From Eledone cirrhosa (Eukaryota): a stretch of 64,000 nt of DNA. A model generated the notes under the pieces. That model saw only the letters and a program-made list of their open reading frames with translations. It had not been told where the DNA came from and made no database searches. The stretch covers positions 49,228,001 through 49,292,000 of the forward strand of contig OZ024742.1 of assembly GCA_964016885.1 (NCBI GenBank). The letters are read 5' to 3'. This document shows, piece after piece, positions 26,871 through 41,385 of this stretch. Made by a program: the position numbers and the translations under genes. The stretch's first letter is position 1, and each line of letters opens with the position of its first letter.

Positions 26871-27954
26871 GTAAATATCATATTTAAATATATGTGACTG
26901 TATTCACGTGCACTTAGAAACAAATAAATTCAAAATTACCAGTATTTCAGAAACATAAATTTCACATTGTGTGTTTTCTGTAGTTAATAATTGAGGTTTG
27001 GTTACTTTTTCTTCGTTTGATTTATTTATTGATTTTTTTTTTCTTTTTGTATAAGAATTAAACCAATACTCTTTATTGTTTCGTTTTATTACAAAACACC
27101 CAATAGTCGATTTAGTTTTAAGTCAGATAAATCGTGAGGTGCCGAACTAGACACAATAATTGATTTATCTCTACGTTCTCGGCTGTCTTGGCTATATTTA
27201 CTCGTTTGTCCTTTTAATTAAACTTGACAAAAACTCGACACAAAGCCACTAATTTGGAGAGAGAGAGTCTAGTCAGTCCACAATATCGACCTCGGTATTT
27301 GACTGGTATTTTATTTTATGGATTCCAGAATTATGATAGGAAAAATCTATCATGATGTGATATTAACATAGAACGTAAATGGTTGCAACTAAATACCGCT
27401 TGATATTACAGTCCAACATTACTCTTTCTGCCAATCCTTAGTCTTATACTGGTTCATAATTTTGGTACAAAGCTAGCAATTCTTTGAGAACAGAATCGAT
27501 TATGCTTCCTATAAGGATGAAAGAAAAAGGTGAACTCAAAAGCTAAAGGTTCATAGCTATATGCCGCAAATAATGTTTTCTAAATCTTTACCAACACCGC
27601 CAATCCAACGCCCTGGAAACAGCAGAATTGGCTTGTTGTGAGTTTATCACCAATCGACGACAGTTTCTAAATAAGAATATTCTAGAGAAACTGATTCAAT
27701 CGACTTCACAAACCTACAGATATTGATTTCGTAACGGATCAAAAGAAATCAATATTTGTATTGGAATTATTCGAATTACATGTTATAAAACAAACGTCGC
27801 TTTCTTCTGTCGTATTGAAAGGGTTTGCCGTCTTAAATATAACATGCGCGCACGTGCACACGAGTTTATGTGCGTATATTAATATTTAAAATCAATTTGG
27901 TGTTCATGCATAAAGTGAAAATGGAATACAAGTGAGTATCTAGTTTCTTTTCTT

Positions 27955-28140
27955 TCAACTTCGTCGGTTTTGACGAGGAATGTTCCAGTTATTCGATCGA
28001 CAGAAAGACGTACTCGTGAAATTAACGTGCATTTGGTTGAATATGTCACAGACAAATGTACCTCTAAAGTAATTCTCTGTGAGAATCAACATAACAGAGT
28101 ATGTGACAAAGCTGGCCCTTAAACTTAGAAGTACATTCCA
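27955..28140 (-). mobile_element. Old SINE with Nin/Deu-like central domain
   Basis: CTCGTGAAATTAACGTGCA...GTGACAAAGCTGGCCCTT; related diverged copies at about 14020-14180, 17770-17840, 40510-40700 and 47680-47865. Confidence 0.6.
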
Positions 28141-28426
28141 TCCGACGAGCGTCCAAGAAGTTTCAGTCAACCCGATTTCAGTAACAAGGCAGATGCTAAA
28201 CTGAAATTAAGGAAAATGCAATATGTCCTCTATGTGGGATGGAACTCAGTATCTAATGATTGTAAAGAGAATTCCTTAATCATTTACTCGTGGTACTGAG
28301 TATATATATATATATATATATATATATTCTCAAAAAACTTTAGTCCACACCCCCACACTCAAGCGTGAACCTAATACCAACACTGTCCTTAACTGCACTC
28401 TTTGTTATTGCTTTTGTTTTTTACTT

Positions 28427-28508
<82 letters not shown>

Positions 28509-30848
28509 AGTACCACCGAGTGTCAGGTTTTGTTGATTAGACTTGATTTATTTGCTGATTGATTTGCTTGTAGATGACGTAAGTTTAGTTTGTTAAAATT
28601 TGTATATTTTGGCTAAGTCTTGGTTCGTTTAAGTATATTGTATTCGTTTACTATTGTTCTGTTATTGAGTTGGGTTTCGATAGAAACCCCACCCAATAAC
28701 ATACACACACACACACACACATATATTTATATATATACAGTATATATACTGTATGCTTTGAAGAACAACCAAAACGCAATAAACTCCGAGTAGCAACGAT
28801 ATGAGGCATTATCTTCAAATAAACGAACGCATTCTACTAAACAAACTTACGTCCACACGTAAACACATATATGTTAATTTACTTGAGTGACAGCGACTGG
28901 AATTATAACAATTGTACTGAGATTAAACAGAGCTGCCATCTGAACTACATTAAGTCAATCTGATTTTATGTTCACATTTGAAAGCCGTGATGAATGTCTT
29001 TGGATTGTCCTTATTAAACAATTCAGATCATTAGTTTCCTCAATTAATCTTTTGATGAAAAGATTTTATCCCGAAATTTAAATGACTGCAAGGTAACATC
29101 CCAACATCTATGCTATCATTTAAAAAATAATTAAGGTCCCATTTGCATTGTGATAGCTTTCTAATCATACACTATTTTCTAAATTTTACACAATGCTTCA
29201 AACAAACTACAACACCCTCTTACTAGATATTTCATCAACATTTTCATATGAGCCAGAGATAATTTAGAATTATATAGATATAAATAAGGATGCACCGAGA
29301 GAGCTTAACTAAAACCGACTTTTCTGGATTACTGAACTTGCTGCCGCTTAAATATTAATCTGCACTAATCTTCCCTAATTAACCACTCATAGTTTTACTT
29401 ATTTACTTTTTCACTTTTATTTATTATTTTATTCATATTTGTTTCAAATTTGAGTGTGGTGAATTGGCAGAGTCATTTGAATGCCTAACAGAACGGTTTG
29501 TACTATTCCTTCCAGCTCTCTGTGCTCTAAGTTCAAAGCCCGTCATGTTCAACTTTGCTTTTCATCCTTCCGATGTCGATAAAAAAAGCACCACTCCAGA
29601 ACTGAAGTCGTTTCTTCCTCTATATCTCTCTCTTACTTCTTCTCTGTATCTATCACTCCCCCTCCTCTAGGAGAAATCGGTTCGGAATTATACATAGTGG
29701 TTCCAGAATCTAAAGCAGGTAGCTAAATATAACAGAAGGATGGGTAAGAGGGAGAGACATTAGCTCACATAAAAAAAAACATTTATTTTTAGTGATATAT
29801 TTCCATCACCGGTCATTCATTCATGAAAGATCAGCTTCTCTGACTTTTCTTCATTTGCAAAGAAGATTCTAACCTCGAAATATGAAATATACATAAAAAA
29901 AACTATTGATTTGCTTTGTCATTCTTACTTTTCTCTACGCTAGTTCCAAATCACATTTACTTTTGCATTGTACCGGCTTTCCCAATAAATTCTGAACATA
30001 TATTTTTAAGTTAAGCAGCATATACAAACGTGCATCATCCAGCCGTCCTTTGTACACCTTCGAAACTGGATAAAGAATAAATAAATCATTAATTAATTTA
30101 TTTATCCTCCGACATATTTTTACGCAAATGTGATGAACAAGCAGAAGATCGCGCCATACATATTTTCTCTCTTGGCTGTACTTTTCTTTTTTACCGCTCT
30201 CATAACTCTTTTTTTCATTCTCATTACACATGCACACACCCACACATCTCTATCTCATAGTCAGCACTCAATTTCTTACTCGTTCCCTTCAATATTTTCA
30301 TATGTTTTTGTCTCGCTCTCCTCGCTTTTCTTTTACCGTTGCCGCTAAAACTGTTGCACCCGCCCAAAACACCCAAGAATCTGTTGTTACGAAGCTGAAT
30401 ATAGGTTAATCTAATTTCAGTCTGTCATATATATCAATCTCTCAGTGATATTACGACTTTGGTTTTCTTCTTTCTATATGGCAGACTACCTTCTGAAGTA
30501 CACAAGCGAAGAGTGGCGGGCCTTTCTAGAAATTCTCTGAATGCAGATAGCGAAACGCATCACGTTTCCTTCGCTAGGTTTACTGTTCTGCAGTAATTCA
30601 CTACACATTTCCCCTACCCCATTTCCCCCTACCTAAATAAAGTGCCTGATTATCTCAGTATTTGCTGTCTAAATATTATTGTAGAGTGTTAGAAGGAAAG
30701 GATGAGAGAGATGGGTTAATATATAATGAAAGAAACGAAGGAGGTAACTAAAAAATACAAAGAAAAATATCGAGTAGGAGAAAAGGAGAACAAAAAATAT
30801 AGTAAACAGAGGTATATATATATCATACACACACATATATATATATAT

Positions 30849-31045
30849 GTTTATCCCGGGTTCAATAGCGGGTAACCACAGTAAGTAAGGTACTCAATAC
30901 ATAGCAGAGTATAAATATTTAATATAGAAATGGCTTCTACAGGAATAGAACTGTCTCATTCGGGAGAAATCATCAGGAAACCATGATGATTTCTCCCAAA
31001 CTATGATGATTTCTTCCTGTGGAAGTCATTTCTATATTAAATATA
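30849..31045 (-). mobile_element. PLE-derived fold-back element with hammerhead
   Basis: Minus 30935-30979: TTC-CTGATGA-..-GAGAC-AG..CT-GTA-GAA (GAAA mutated); inverted arms 30915-30945 / 31013-31045. Confidence 0.7.
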
Positions 31046-31047
31046 TG

Positions 31048-31166
<119 letters not shown>

Positions 31167-31186
31167 ACATAAATTTATATACACAT

Positions 31187-31450
31187 ACCGCTGGCCGTGG
31201 AAAATGGAGAACTGTCTGCCATGAAGGTTTAACGAACTTTGAAATAACCTGTCTGGTCCATTTTCATGATCTATGATGTAACACCAAGACTCGATCAAAC
31301 CTTCCATCCTACTGCAGAAAGAGTCCTGTCATTTGCACTAAATGCGGCTTGATGTGTAAATCAGCAGGTGGACTGAAGTGCCATCATGGAAAATGAGCTG
31401 AGGGGACTGTTGAATCCTCATGTTTCGAAATATGACGGTAGAGTCAATCA
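31187..31450 (+). mobile_element. 3' end of a BovB-like RTE LINE (C-terminal C2H2 finger), degraded
   Basis: A.RGKWR.VC.EG..NFE and CTKCGLMCKSAGGLKCH. Confidence 0.6.
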
Positions 31451-31557
31451 TTATACCCCCCCCCCCACACACACACATATATATATATATGTAAATATTA
31501 ATATATATATATAATATATAATATATATATATATTAATATATATAATATATATATTA

Positions 31558-31589
<32 letters not shown>

Positions 31590-32868
31590 TATATATTAAT
31601 ATATATATTAATATATATATATGTATGTATGTATGTATATTTATATATAAATATGTGTGTGTATGTATATATATAATGCCTGCACAGCGCCGATTTTCCG
31701 GCAACTGGTCATTCACCACCTCATTTCATCCGGATATGACGGATATGACTTAGTAGATGTTTGCAATTTTTGTAATGCTCTAGATTAGGAATGATATATA
31801 ATTTTGAACATTTGTGCCTTCGTATTATTTTATTATAGCAGATATGTTTCAGACGTAATATGCCAGGAAATCTGTATCGAGTGTGTGTGTGTGTGTATGT
31901 GTATGTATACATGTATATATGCCAGTTACTACAACGGCGCCATACCAATACATTCATTTCGATAGCGCTGAGGACCAACCGTTTCAACCTGTGCCAACAT
32001 TTTCATCGGCTTAGGTTGAACAAGTTGATCCGCAGAGCTTACGAATCGTACGAACCTAGAATGACACTGTTTTAGTAACTGGCCTTAACAATTATCTTCA
32101 AACTCGCCCTAAGAACTTGAGTTGCTCTATAACTTTCATATATAGTCTGCAGTGAAGAAGGGCTACATGACATCTATAACGTAGGTAATACCACCTAAAT
32201 TATATAGAAACGCTAAAGAACTATACAAAAACGATGACAAAATACAAACTACAAGAGAGGAGCTTTTTAATATATTTAACTGTAATCTATATATCATGAG
32301 TGACGTTCGTGTGAAATGAAATGAAAACAGAACAAAAAGTCAAAAATAAATGGCTGCTTTGTGTGGTTGATAATCTGATTTTCTCAATTCTGTATTCAGC
32401 AATCAATTTCAGTAGTGAAAACTAAAAAATAAATGAATAAAAGGAAGCATCGAAACTCTCATTGTCTTCCATAGCTTAGTCAGAGTATGCGCTAACCTTA
32501 GACGGCTCATTATGATACACAGATTCGCTGTTTATCTCCGTCTTGGATAGCGTTAAGCGGATAAGATATACATTTAATTTCTCTTGAATAACGTGCCTTC
32601 ACAGCATTGCTATTTTTTTCTTTAAGGGGAATTCAACTCGAGTATATAACATGCCTTTCCCTTTAAAAAACGGTAATTAGCCAAGTGGTAGTTTGGTTTG
32701 CTAGAAATAGCAAACAAACCGCCTTTAACAAAGAACAGAGGACGCAATAGATATTGTGTCTGCTATTGAAACGTGAATTCTTGTCTGATAACCCATTGAT
32801 AAACAGGTAAAACTCCAGAGTAATAACCTTCACTATTTCGCCTTAATAAAATGGATATTAAAACTTTA

Positions 32869-33045
32869 CTAGCATTGGAGACTTCTGGTGTCTTTGACCT
32901 TAGGGCCACCTCCTTATTCACCACCATCGGCACAGAGTTGACTACCCGCAGGTGTGAGCCTTGTGAGCTGGAATGGCTTTTCCAGCGCGTCTACTTCACC
33001 ATCCTCCGGGGAAACGCTTTCTCTATTCTGTCTGCCGGGGCCGCG
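32869..33045 (+). mobile_element. CRE-clade-like RLE retrotransposon C-terminal fragment
   Basis: ALETSGVF...A..L...IG..L......E..WLFQRV...ILRGNA.SIL matches the ET.G...QR.S.A.QRGNA pattern. Confidence 0.7.
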
Positions 33046-36000
33046 GCAGACAGAATAGCGTCTACAATTCTTCATAGCAGAATTGTTCAGTGGCTAGTGA
33101 GAGGTTCCGTAAACTGGACACCAATAATTGTTTCTACTTTAGACACAAGGCCAGCAATTACCCAATAATATTAGCAGTGTAGAGTTAGAAATAAATAAAT
33201 AAGGTATAAACGTGAAAAAGAAAAGAAATTCCATTTCTTTCGCGTCTTACAACGAATTTCATTGATGCTCCAAGTGTTTAAAATATGTCAGCTCAGTAAA
33301 CAAAATTTTAGTTATTTTATTGATTTCCTCCAATATTTTGGTTATTTAAAAAAATAATTGAAACTCATTGGTATAAATATCGAAACGGTTGAAGGTTTCG
33401 TGACATTATCTATTTACAAGTGGGATTTACCACGGCTATTTTCCGGCAGAAGGAATGACGTAGGTAATATCGGTAGTATACTCTTCAATCCGTAGTATAC
33501 CCTTCAATTGAAAATTGGGAAACGCTTCAAATCAAAAACTCATACATTCTGTGCTGTTATATTCGCTAAATTTGGTTATGTACCCCCATTGAAAGCAATT
33601 TAGAGAAACACGCGAAATTAAACTTGGCTTAAAAGAAAAGTTTTCTTACGTGACGTCACCAAAATTGCTTTCAATTGGTTTTCAGCGAAAAACATTTCTT
33701 TGAAATTGTCTGCGGATTTGAAAATACAGACAAAAACAAAGTATTTTCGGAAAAATAGAGGATTTACACACTAATTCCAATACGAATATGGCCACATACA
33801 TACTGAATGCTATCATTAGCAATTTCTTTCTAGATGAACAATGTGTTTTAAATAGACAAGAAAATATCGATTTAAAAAAAAATATTACACTTCGGAATAT
33901 ATATATAGAAACAACAAGGTTACTTTCATGTTGATACTTTATTTTACAATAGTTATTTCGTATAAATATATTTGGCCACAGATGGGAATCGAAAGTCGGT
34001 CGCAGTGTCCAGTATATATTTCCCTTCACTTCACACACGCCGTTAATTAATATAGACACGAGAATGTATATATTTAATTACATATACTACTTAGAAGCTA
34101 GAATAACCCTTTAACATTTGCCGACAACCCATAAAAAAGAACAAAGAGATATTTTACATAACACAATTATTGGAAAAATCGTTTTTAATTAAATTAATGA
34201 TTACTAAAAGAATAAAAAATAATTTATATCAATATGTTAATTTTTGTACAACACAATAATATCCATAAATATTCATATTGCTGGTTTACAGCTACTTTCG
34301 ATGTGGAAGCACATTTTTACATTATACTTTATTTCCTCTAAAAGTTCTCATAAAAATACATCGAGCATATACCAGAGTTGTGTGAGTGTGTGCCTGTCAA
34401 TGGAATTTATCGATGGCGCATTTGCATGATAGCAATACGAGTCGATTTATCTGAGTTCACTCGATCAACATTCAATAATACACGACATGAATGCATTGTT
34501 TCAGCGAGGTTGTTAATTATTCGGTTTAGAGAAGGCTGCTATCAGTTAAGTTGTGCGCTAAGAAACAAAAGTATATGATGAGGTTATATCTCTATATAGA
34601 CAGAAAAGAAGTAACCGTTACTACATAAATGCGTTTATAAATTTACATATTTTATTATGGGAATGTAAACATGCCAAATATACGTATTTCCCTGTAAATT
34701 GAAAACAATGATAATTATTCTTAACCGGTTTCGGCTTCCAACAGAAGGTATGTATACTAAAGGATCACGAGGAAATACTTAAACCGTAATGCCCTACGTT
34801 TATGGCATTTAATTCAGAAAAAATATCAAATTGAAAAGACGTTAAAAACATCAATAACATTTTCTGTGCTCTGAAATAGAGAAAGTGAGGGGGCGGAGTT
34901 CAAATGAAAACATTGAAGCATTTAAAATACCTTTCCAAGAATTGTTTTAAAATTAAATCTGAATAATATTTTGAATATAGAAAGAAAGAAAAAAATAGGG
35001 ATGATATTTAAGCTAGAGCTCTCCTTGTATATGCGCGTGCGCACGTGTGTATTTATTTACCATGTGACTAGGGTAGGGGATTGGTGGAATTGTTAGGGTG
35101 CTGAACACATTTTTTATGATATTTCTTCTGGTATTTTACGTTCTTTTTTCAAATCCCGCCAATGTCAACTTTGCCTTTCATCCTTTCGAGGTATTAAAAT
35201 AAAATATCATATATTACAGGAGTTAGTGAGCCTAAATTAATAATCAATAATGTCATTGTGAGTATATTTCCCTTTCCTAGCTTTTATCAACATGAAGTAA
35301 TTTTCATGCTGTTATACATCAGAAATATTGATGCCATTGTACTAGCAGCCATTTTCATGAGGTTATTGGTGTTTCTAATATCCATAAAAATATAAATTAC
35401 ATTATTTTTCAAATGCCAATGTTGCCTTTAAGGAAGAATATTCTGGATTGGCATTTTTCATACACTTGTTGCTATAAATATGACCATCATACATTTCTTT
35501 GAAATATCTACATTAACAATACTTCCACTTCCTACTCAACCAATGGTTCTATGAAATAAAATTCTGTTGTTCCTCTAGAAACATCTATATGACATTATTT
35601 TGTTCCATATTATCTATTATTAACATCAAATTGGAGGGAATTGTGATCAAATTTTCTCATTTTACATTTAAACGATAACAATACGAAACGAATGTATTCA
35701 ATAAGTATATCATTAACGAAAATATGTATGCAATAATGAAAGTATTATGTCCCCACCTACATACATCGCACATACATCTTCATTTCCAAGTAATCGCAAA
35801 GAGCGCGTTGAATAATTTAGACTTATATTCAATAAAGCCCTACTAATTGAGAGAATGGGCACAACTTGAAAGCCTTCGATTGTAGATTTGCCTAGTCACG
35901 GCTAATCTGGATCTAAACAACACCAAAACCAATATCATACCTCATATGTTTCTTTCTATCTACTTCCACACCAGTCTATCTATTTAAACACATTTTACTC

Positions 36001-36324
36001 GATTTTTTAGTTATTCCTCTGGTCTTAATTTCTTTCTAAACTCACGCAATTCTTTCACGCCACTGTATCTTCTCTGCATGTAAAGTGAAACCAAAGCAAT
36101 GTTTCAAATAAAGATGGCCGACAGCTAGTCACTGTTGAGACAGAATGCAATAAGTAAACAAACAACTGTGGAGCTGTCTTCGTTCAATCAATGTCGACTG
36201 GAATATTATTCTCCAAGTAAGTTTTAGGTGAAAACGTTAGCACCTAAGGCACTAATGTTTGAATAGCTTTTCTCGTTACACACGTCTTAAAATGTACGTA
36301 CACACACACAGATGTATGTATGTA

Positions 36325-36398
<74 letters not shown>

Positions 36399-36411
36399 CA
36401 TACATACATAC

Positions 36412-36476
<65 letters not shown>

Positions 36477-38199
36477 TGTGTTATTGACAGGCATGAGGAG
36501 TACTCAATACCAAACTAGAGTTTAAATATTCATTATTACGGCTAAATGGTGAAACTCCAGACTAATAAGACTGTAGAGGACCAGCTGTTTTCCATACAAA
36601 CCAATTTGTTTTCGATGTGAAATCGTGTCCCAAATGGTGTACAGGTTTCTCTACCAACGTTGCCCTTGCCAGAAACCTCGTGTCCATGGCGAGGCCAAAG
36701 CCACTTCTGCGGTTTAGAGCATCAGTTCAAATACAATCATTACAATATAACCTACAACAGAGTGGAATCTCCTAAAGACGCCCTTGGGTGGTATCAAACT
36801 GCATGACATATTAATATTATACTGCATTTGTTTGCTTAGAATTATAGAATAGATAGTAAAAGTTCAGGTGGGAATGTTATTATCAATGGATTAAAGCAGT
36901 CGTTCCAAAAATATATTTTGTTGCGTAATTCTTATACAATTCTCCAAATATCGTTGCAATCGTATAAAACCAGAACCCAACGTTTATATTACAGACAAAC
37001 TCCACTACCTTATTTTAACACGGCCTGAAATGAAATAAAAATTATTTCAGAAAGCTAATTTATTCATATAGCAGGTTCAATCACCAGGTAAAAACTCCCC
37101 GGTTTCTTTCACATTTTAAAGGAGATTTATATTGAGAAGCGACAATCATTTTCTGTATATATCATAAAAAGGTATTCAAGTTTCTAAATTTATTTATCGC
37201 AAATGTATAAAGGAAGTTTAGCGTTTGTTGAGTCGGCCCGTATTACATGCTTGATACTATCCTATTAATAATAAGGAAAAAGCAAATTTGGTCTTAGCAG
37301 GATTTGAACTCAAATAATACAGACAGAATTGAATATCAAATGCCACTCTTAATCCAGTACCTTCATATTCTACTGGCTTTGGAAGAGTAAATAATATACT
37401 GAGAAAAATAATATACTGAGAAATTAGTATCTCCAGAATGCTTGATAATATGATTTCCACAATTGGTATTAGTGTTAAAAAAGCGAAAAATTCATAGCTT
37501 ACATAAATTGCTAAAATTATTTTAGAAAAATTTCTACTAGGCTGTTATGTTTTTTTAATCCTTTCAAAATTTTCAGACACTCATAATTGCATTAAAACTG
37601 TTCAACGCACTATTTGCATATGTCAATAGTTTTTTTTTTTTTATTCTTTCTGTTTTATTTTAGGGGGTTTCTTTTATAATTTGCAAGTATGAATGCTAGT
37701 ATTGCTGAAAATGAAATCAATTCTCAATTAGATAAAGAATTTAGAGGTAATGTATTATCTGAATAATGTATAGGTTTTTTTTTCTACTTTGCAGTAGTTT
37801 TTAGTTGTACATATATGTGTATTTCAACTACTTATTTCTAATTTCAATTATTTTGTACTTGTGTTGTTGGTTACAATTTTCCAATAGACCAATTATTGAT
37901 TCACTGTAATTTCAGTTGCTAGTGTGACAGGGGAGCTGCGGTGTACAACAAAAATCACAAAGAACTTTGTTAAAAATCGTCTTTTGCAATTTTCCCAACT
38001 TCCACTGAAATACATCAGTGATAGTCACACACACATATTACAGATTTCTGCACAGTCTGTCATTGGTCAATCCAAGGCTTGATTAGACGACACTTGTCCC
38101 AGTTGCAACACATTACAATGAGTCCATTGTGCTTCCAGTTGAATTCGACTCTCAGCCCTTCAAAAAGATGAAAGAAATATTAATCCTCATCAATATTTT

Positions 38200-38750
38200 A
38201 TATCAGTTAGAAGAATAGATTTAAAGAATCATTAGAGTGTTGGATAACATGCTGTTAGAGTATTTGTTCTGACATGCTACCTTCGAATCTCAGCGAGATC
38301 AATTTTGCCTTTCATCTTTCAGAAGTCTATAAAATAAAGTACCAGTTAATAACTGGGTCGATATATTCAACTTTCCCTCCTATTAAATTCCAGGCCTTTT
38401 GCCTAATTAGAACTCATTATTATTTCATCGCCGAGGTTAACTTTGCCTTTCATCCTTATGGGGTCGATAAAATAAAGTACCAGTAATACACTGGGTAATT
38501 GCTGGCCTTGTGCCAAAAGTAGAAACAATTATTATTTCATCTGATTGGCAGTATCGTAGAGCGTTGGACACGATGCTTTGTGGCAGAGAATTACGGCCCT
38601 TTACGTTCAAATCCCGCCGAGGTTAGCTTTGCCATTCATACATACGAGGTCGATAAAATAAAGCACCCGTAATTACTGGGGTCGATTTAATCGACCCCCT
38701 CCGCCCGCACTTCAAATTGCTGGCCTTGTGCATAAAGTTGAAACAATTAT
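38200..38750 (+). mobile_element. Cluster of three Meta-like SINE copies of different ages
   Basis: Copies at about 38200-38410 (degenerate), 38425-38530 (3' half) and 38544-38750. Confidence 0.75.
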
Positions 38751-39936
38751 TTCATCTGATTTTCCATGTTGCCTTGGTTGAACAGATCCTCTCCAACATG
38801 ATATGTCACCACATGTGGCATTCCTTATCGAATTTGTGAGGGTCAGCACCCTGAAATCAGCTTTGACCTCATCTCTCCATGTATTCTCTTGTCTTACCCT
38901 TCCAAGGTTTCCTGCCGCTTGGATCTTTTGGTACTTTATTTTTAATCCACTGACATCATTTACTTATATTTTATATGAAATCGTTGGCATTAATAAGAGT
39001 ATCCAGCTGTAAAGCCATGCCGTAAGCGAGACATGGTCTCTTCTTCTTCTTCTTCTTCTTCTTGTTCTTCTTCTTCCCACTCATGGAGGAAGGGTTCTAT
39101 CAGAAGAAATCATCCCCAAATGATCTGGTTGGAATTCCAAGTGAGACCAACGGAGCTTTCTTACCACATATATGTAGTATTGGAACTGTGATCTCTACTT
39201 TCCTTGCATTCTACTATTTCATTTATAGGAACTTATATAAGTTTGTTTGTTAGTGTTAGTCATGTATGCCTTTTGCTTTTTAGCATATATTGAAGTTAGA
39301 TATGTTCCAGGTGATATAAAGATTGTATAGTTATATCACATGAAACTGGATATAGTGTGGTTTATTTCTTGTTACTCTTGCTAGCCCCCCCCCTCTCCCA
39401 CCACCACAATCTCATCCTACACAAGCATCTGTTGTTTCTCAAAGACTCTATTATCTCATAAGTCTACAGCTGACTGAAGCTAGTACAAGCTTTAATTTGA
39501 CAATGGTAAATTAGAGAGAGAGAAAGAGAGAAAGAGAGAAAAATACTTGATGTGTGTGCGTGTGTGCGTTTGAGCTATGGCGGCATTTTTGGTGTACATG
39601 GTATGAGAAAAAAGTCCTGGGTGGAGGATGTGGGAGAATACATGTGTATGTTCTTTAGGAGTAATACTAGTGAGAGGGGTGAAAAACAGGAATAAAAACC
39701 TTGCAAAAAACAACATCAAAACAGAAAACAGCAGAGCTGATATGGTAGAGAGGGAGACGGGTGGAAGGTTAAGGATGACATTTAAAGACGTAGAAAAGAA
39801 GAAAAGTAAATTTAGATGAAGAAGACTTGTGTCAGATAATAATAAAAATTGTGAGAAACAAATAAGAAAGATAAAGACTTGATAGAATTAGAGATATGAG
39901 AAAAGATGGCAAATTAAATATGGCAAAGAAAATATT

Positions 39937-39967
<31 letters not shown>

Positions 39968-40184
39968 AAGTTTGATAAAATAAGAGAGAGAGAGAGAGGG
40001 TGAGGAGGGGAGAGAGAGAAGTAGAGAGATAAGAAAATTGAGAATTTTCAAGAATGAACCAGAAGGAAGAAAATGTAGTTGGTAAAATACATTGAGAAAA
40101 AAATGATATAGTTATAGTGTTATGAGATGGAGTTAAATTTTAGTTTGAGAAAAAGATAGTGAATGTGTATTGGAGACAGACACA

Positions 40185-40500
40185 CATCATCATCATCATC
40201 ATCGTCGTCGTTTAACTTCCATCTTCCATGCTAGCGTGGGTTAGACGGTTTTGTTCCTTTTGATGGAGGATTGGTTGGGAGACTGTGTGTCACTCGTATG
40301 GAAGTGTATCTGGCACGTTTCCTACACCTTTCTAACACCAACCACTTTTACAGTGTGGACTGGATGTTTTGTGTTGTGTCACCGACACAGTGAACGGAAA
40401 TGGGAGGATGGCGTAGGGTGTGTGGGGTGAGGGTTTGGTTAAGAGGTGCCTACTGACTATAGGTTTTATGCAAGGTAAGGTGGGTCTTCTGTAAAACTAT
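40185..40500 (-). mobile_element. RTE LINE 3' UTR fragment
   Basis: (CAT)n tail, TTCCATGCTAGCGTGGG, and GGTAAGG.GGGTCTTCT as in 57429-57850. Confidence 0.7.
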
Positions 40501-40700
40501 ATATAATTAGCACATCATCGGTTACGATGACGATTGTTCCTGATTATACCATCAACAAAGCAGCCTGCTCCTGAAATTAACCTGAAAGTGACTGAACATT
40601 CCGTGTTCTCAGGGAGATTCAGCATGGCAGAATATGACATGGTTGGCCTTTAGAACTGTAGGTACAAATCATTTTTGCAAGCTGTGCGTATGGAACAATG

Positions 40701-40751
<51 letters not shown>

Positions 40752-40757
<6 letters not shown>

Positions 40758-41385
40758 TTAATGCGAAGAAATACCAATGATAATCACCAGACTACTGATG
40801 ATGGACATTCCTGTTTCTCGATCTATTTTCATTCATATATTCACATTCGCAACAACGAAGCACGCCATTTTTTTCATTCACATATATTTTTTCCCCTGTC
40901 TGTGGTTCGTATTTTTTCTGTCACCTTACTGCTATCCTCTTTCTCTCTCCCCTTCTCTCTCCTTTACCTCTTGCTTTCTTTCAACACCGCTGCTGGTCAC
41001 ACACTTTCGCTGGCATCTTCCTCACACTTTCACTCACTCACTCTCTGCTACTCTCCCTCTCTCACTTCCTCCCGTCTGACCTGTGTGAAATTCTTTTCTC
41101 TCTCACTGTTCCCGCGTGGATCGGACGTGTCTGTTTCTTCTCGTCATTTGATTCGTTCGGACTTACGCCCACAAAATGTTTGACTTGTCTCTCTTTTCCT
41201 CTCCTTACGTTGCATTACTACCATGCTGTTTGTTCACTTTCCCCTTCCAATTCGCTCTGTCCCGATAACTTTATATAGTTATCACTCGCACTGATTTTAG
41301 GTATCTAGTCTTTAATCTGAAGAAATACCAACGATAATCAGCAGACAACTGATGATGGACATTCCTTTTTCTCGGTCTATTTTCA

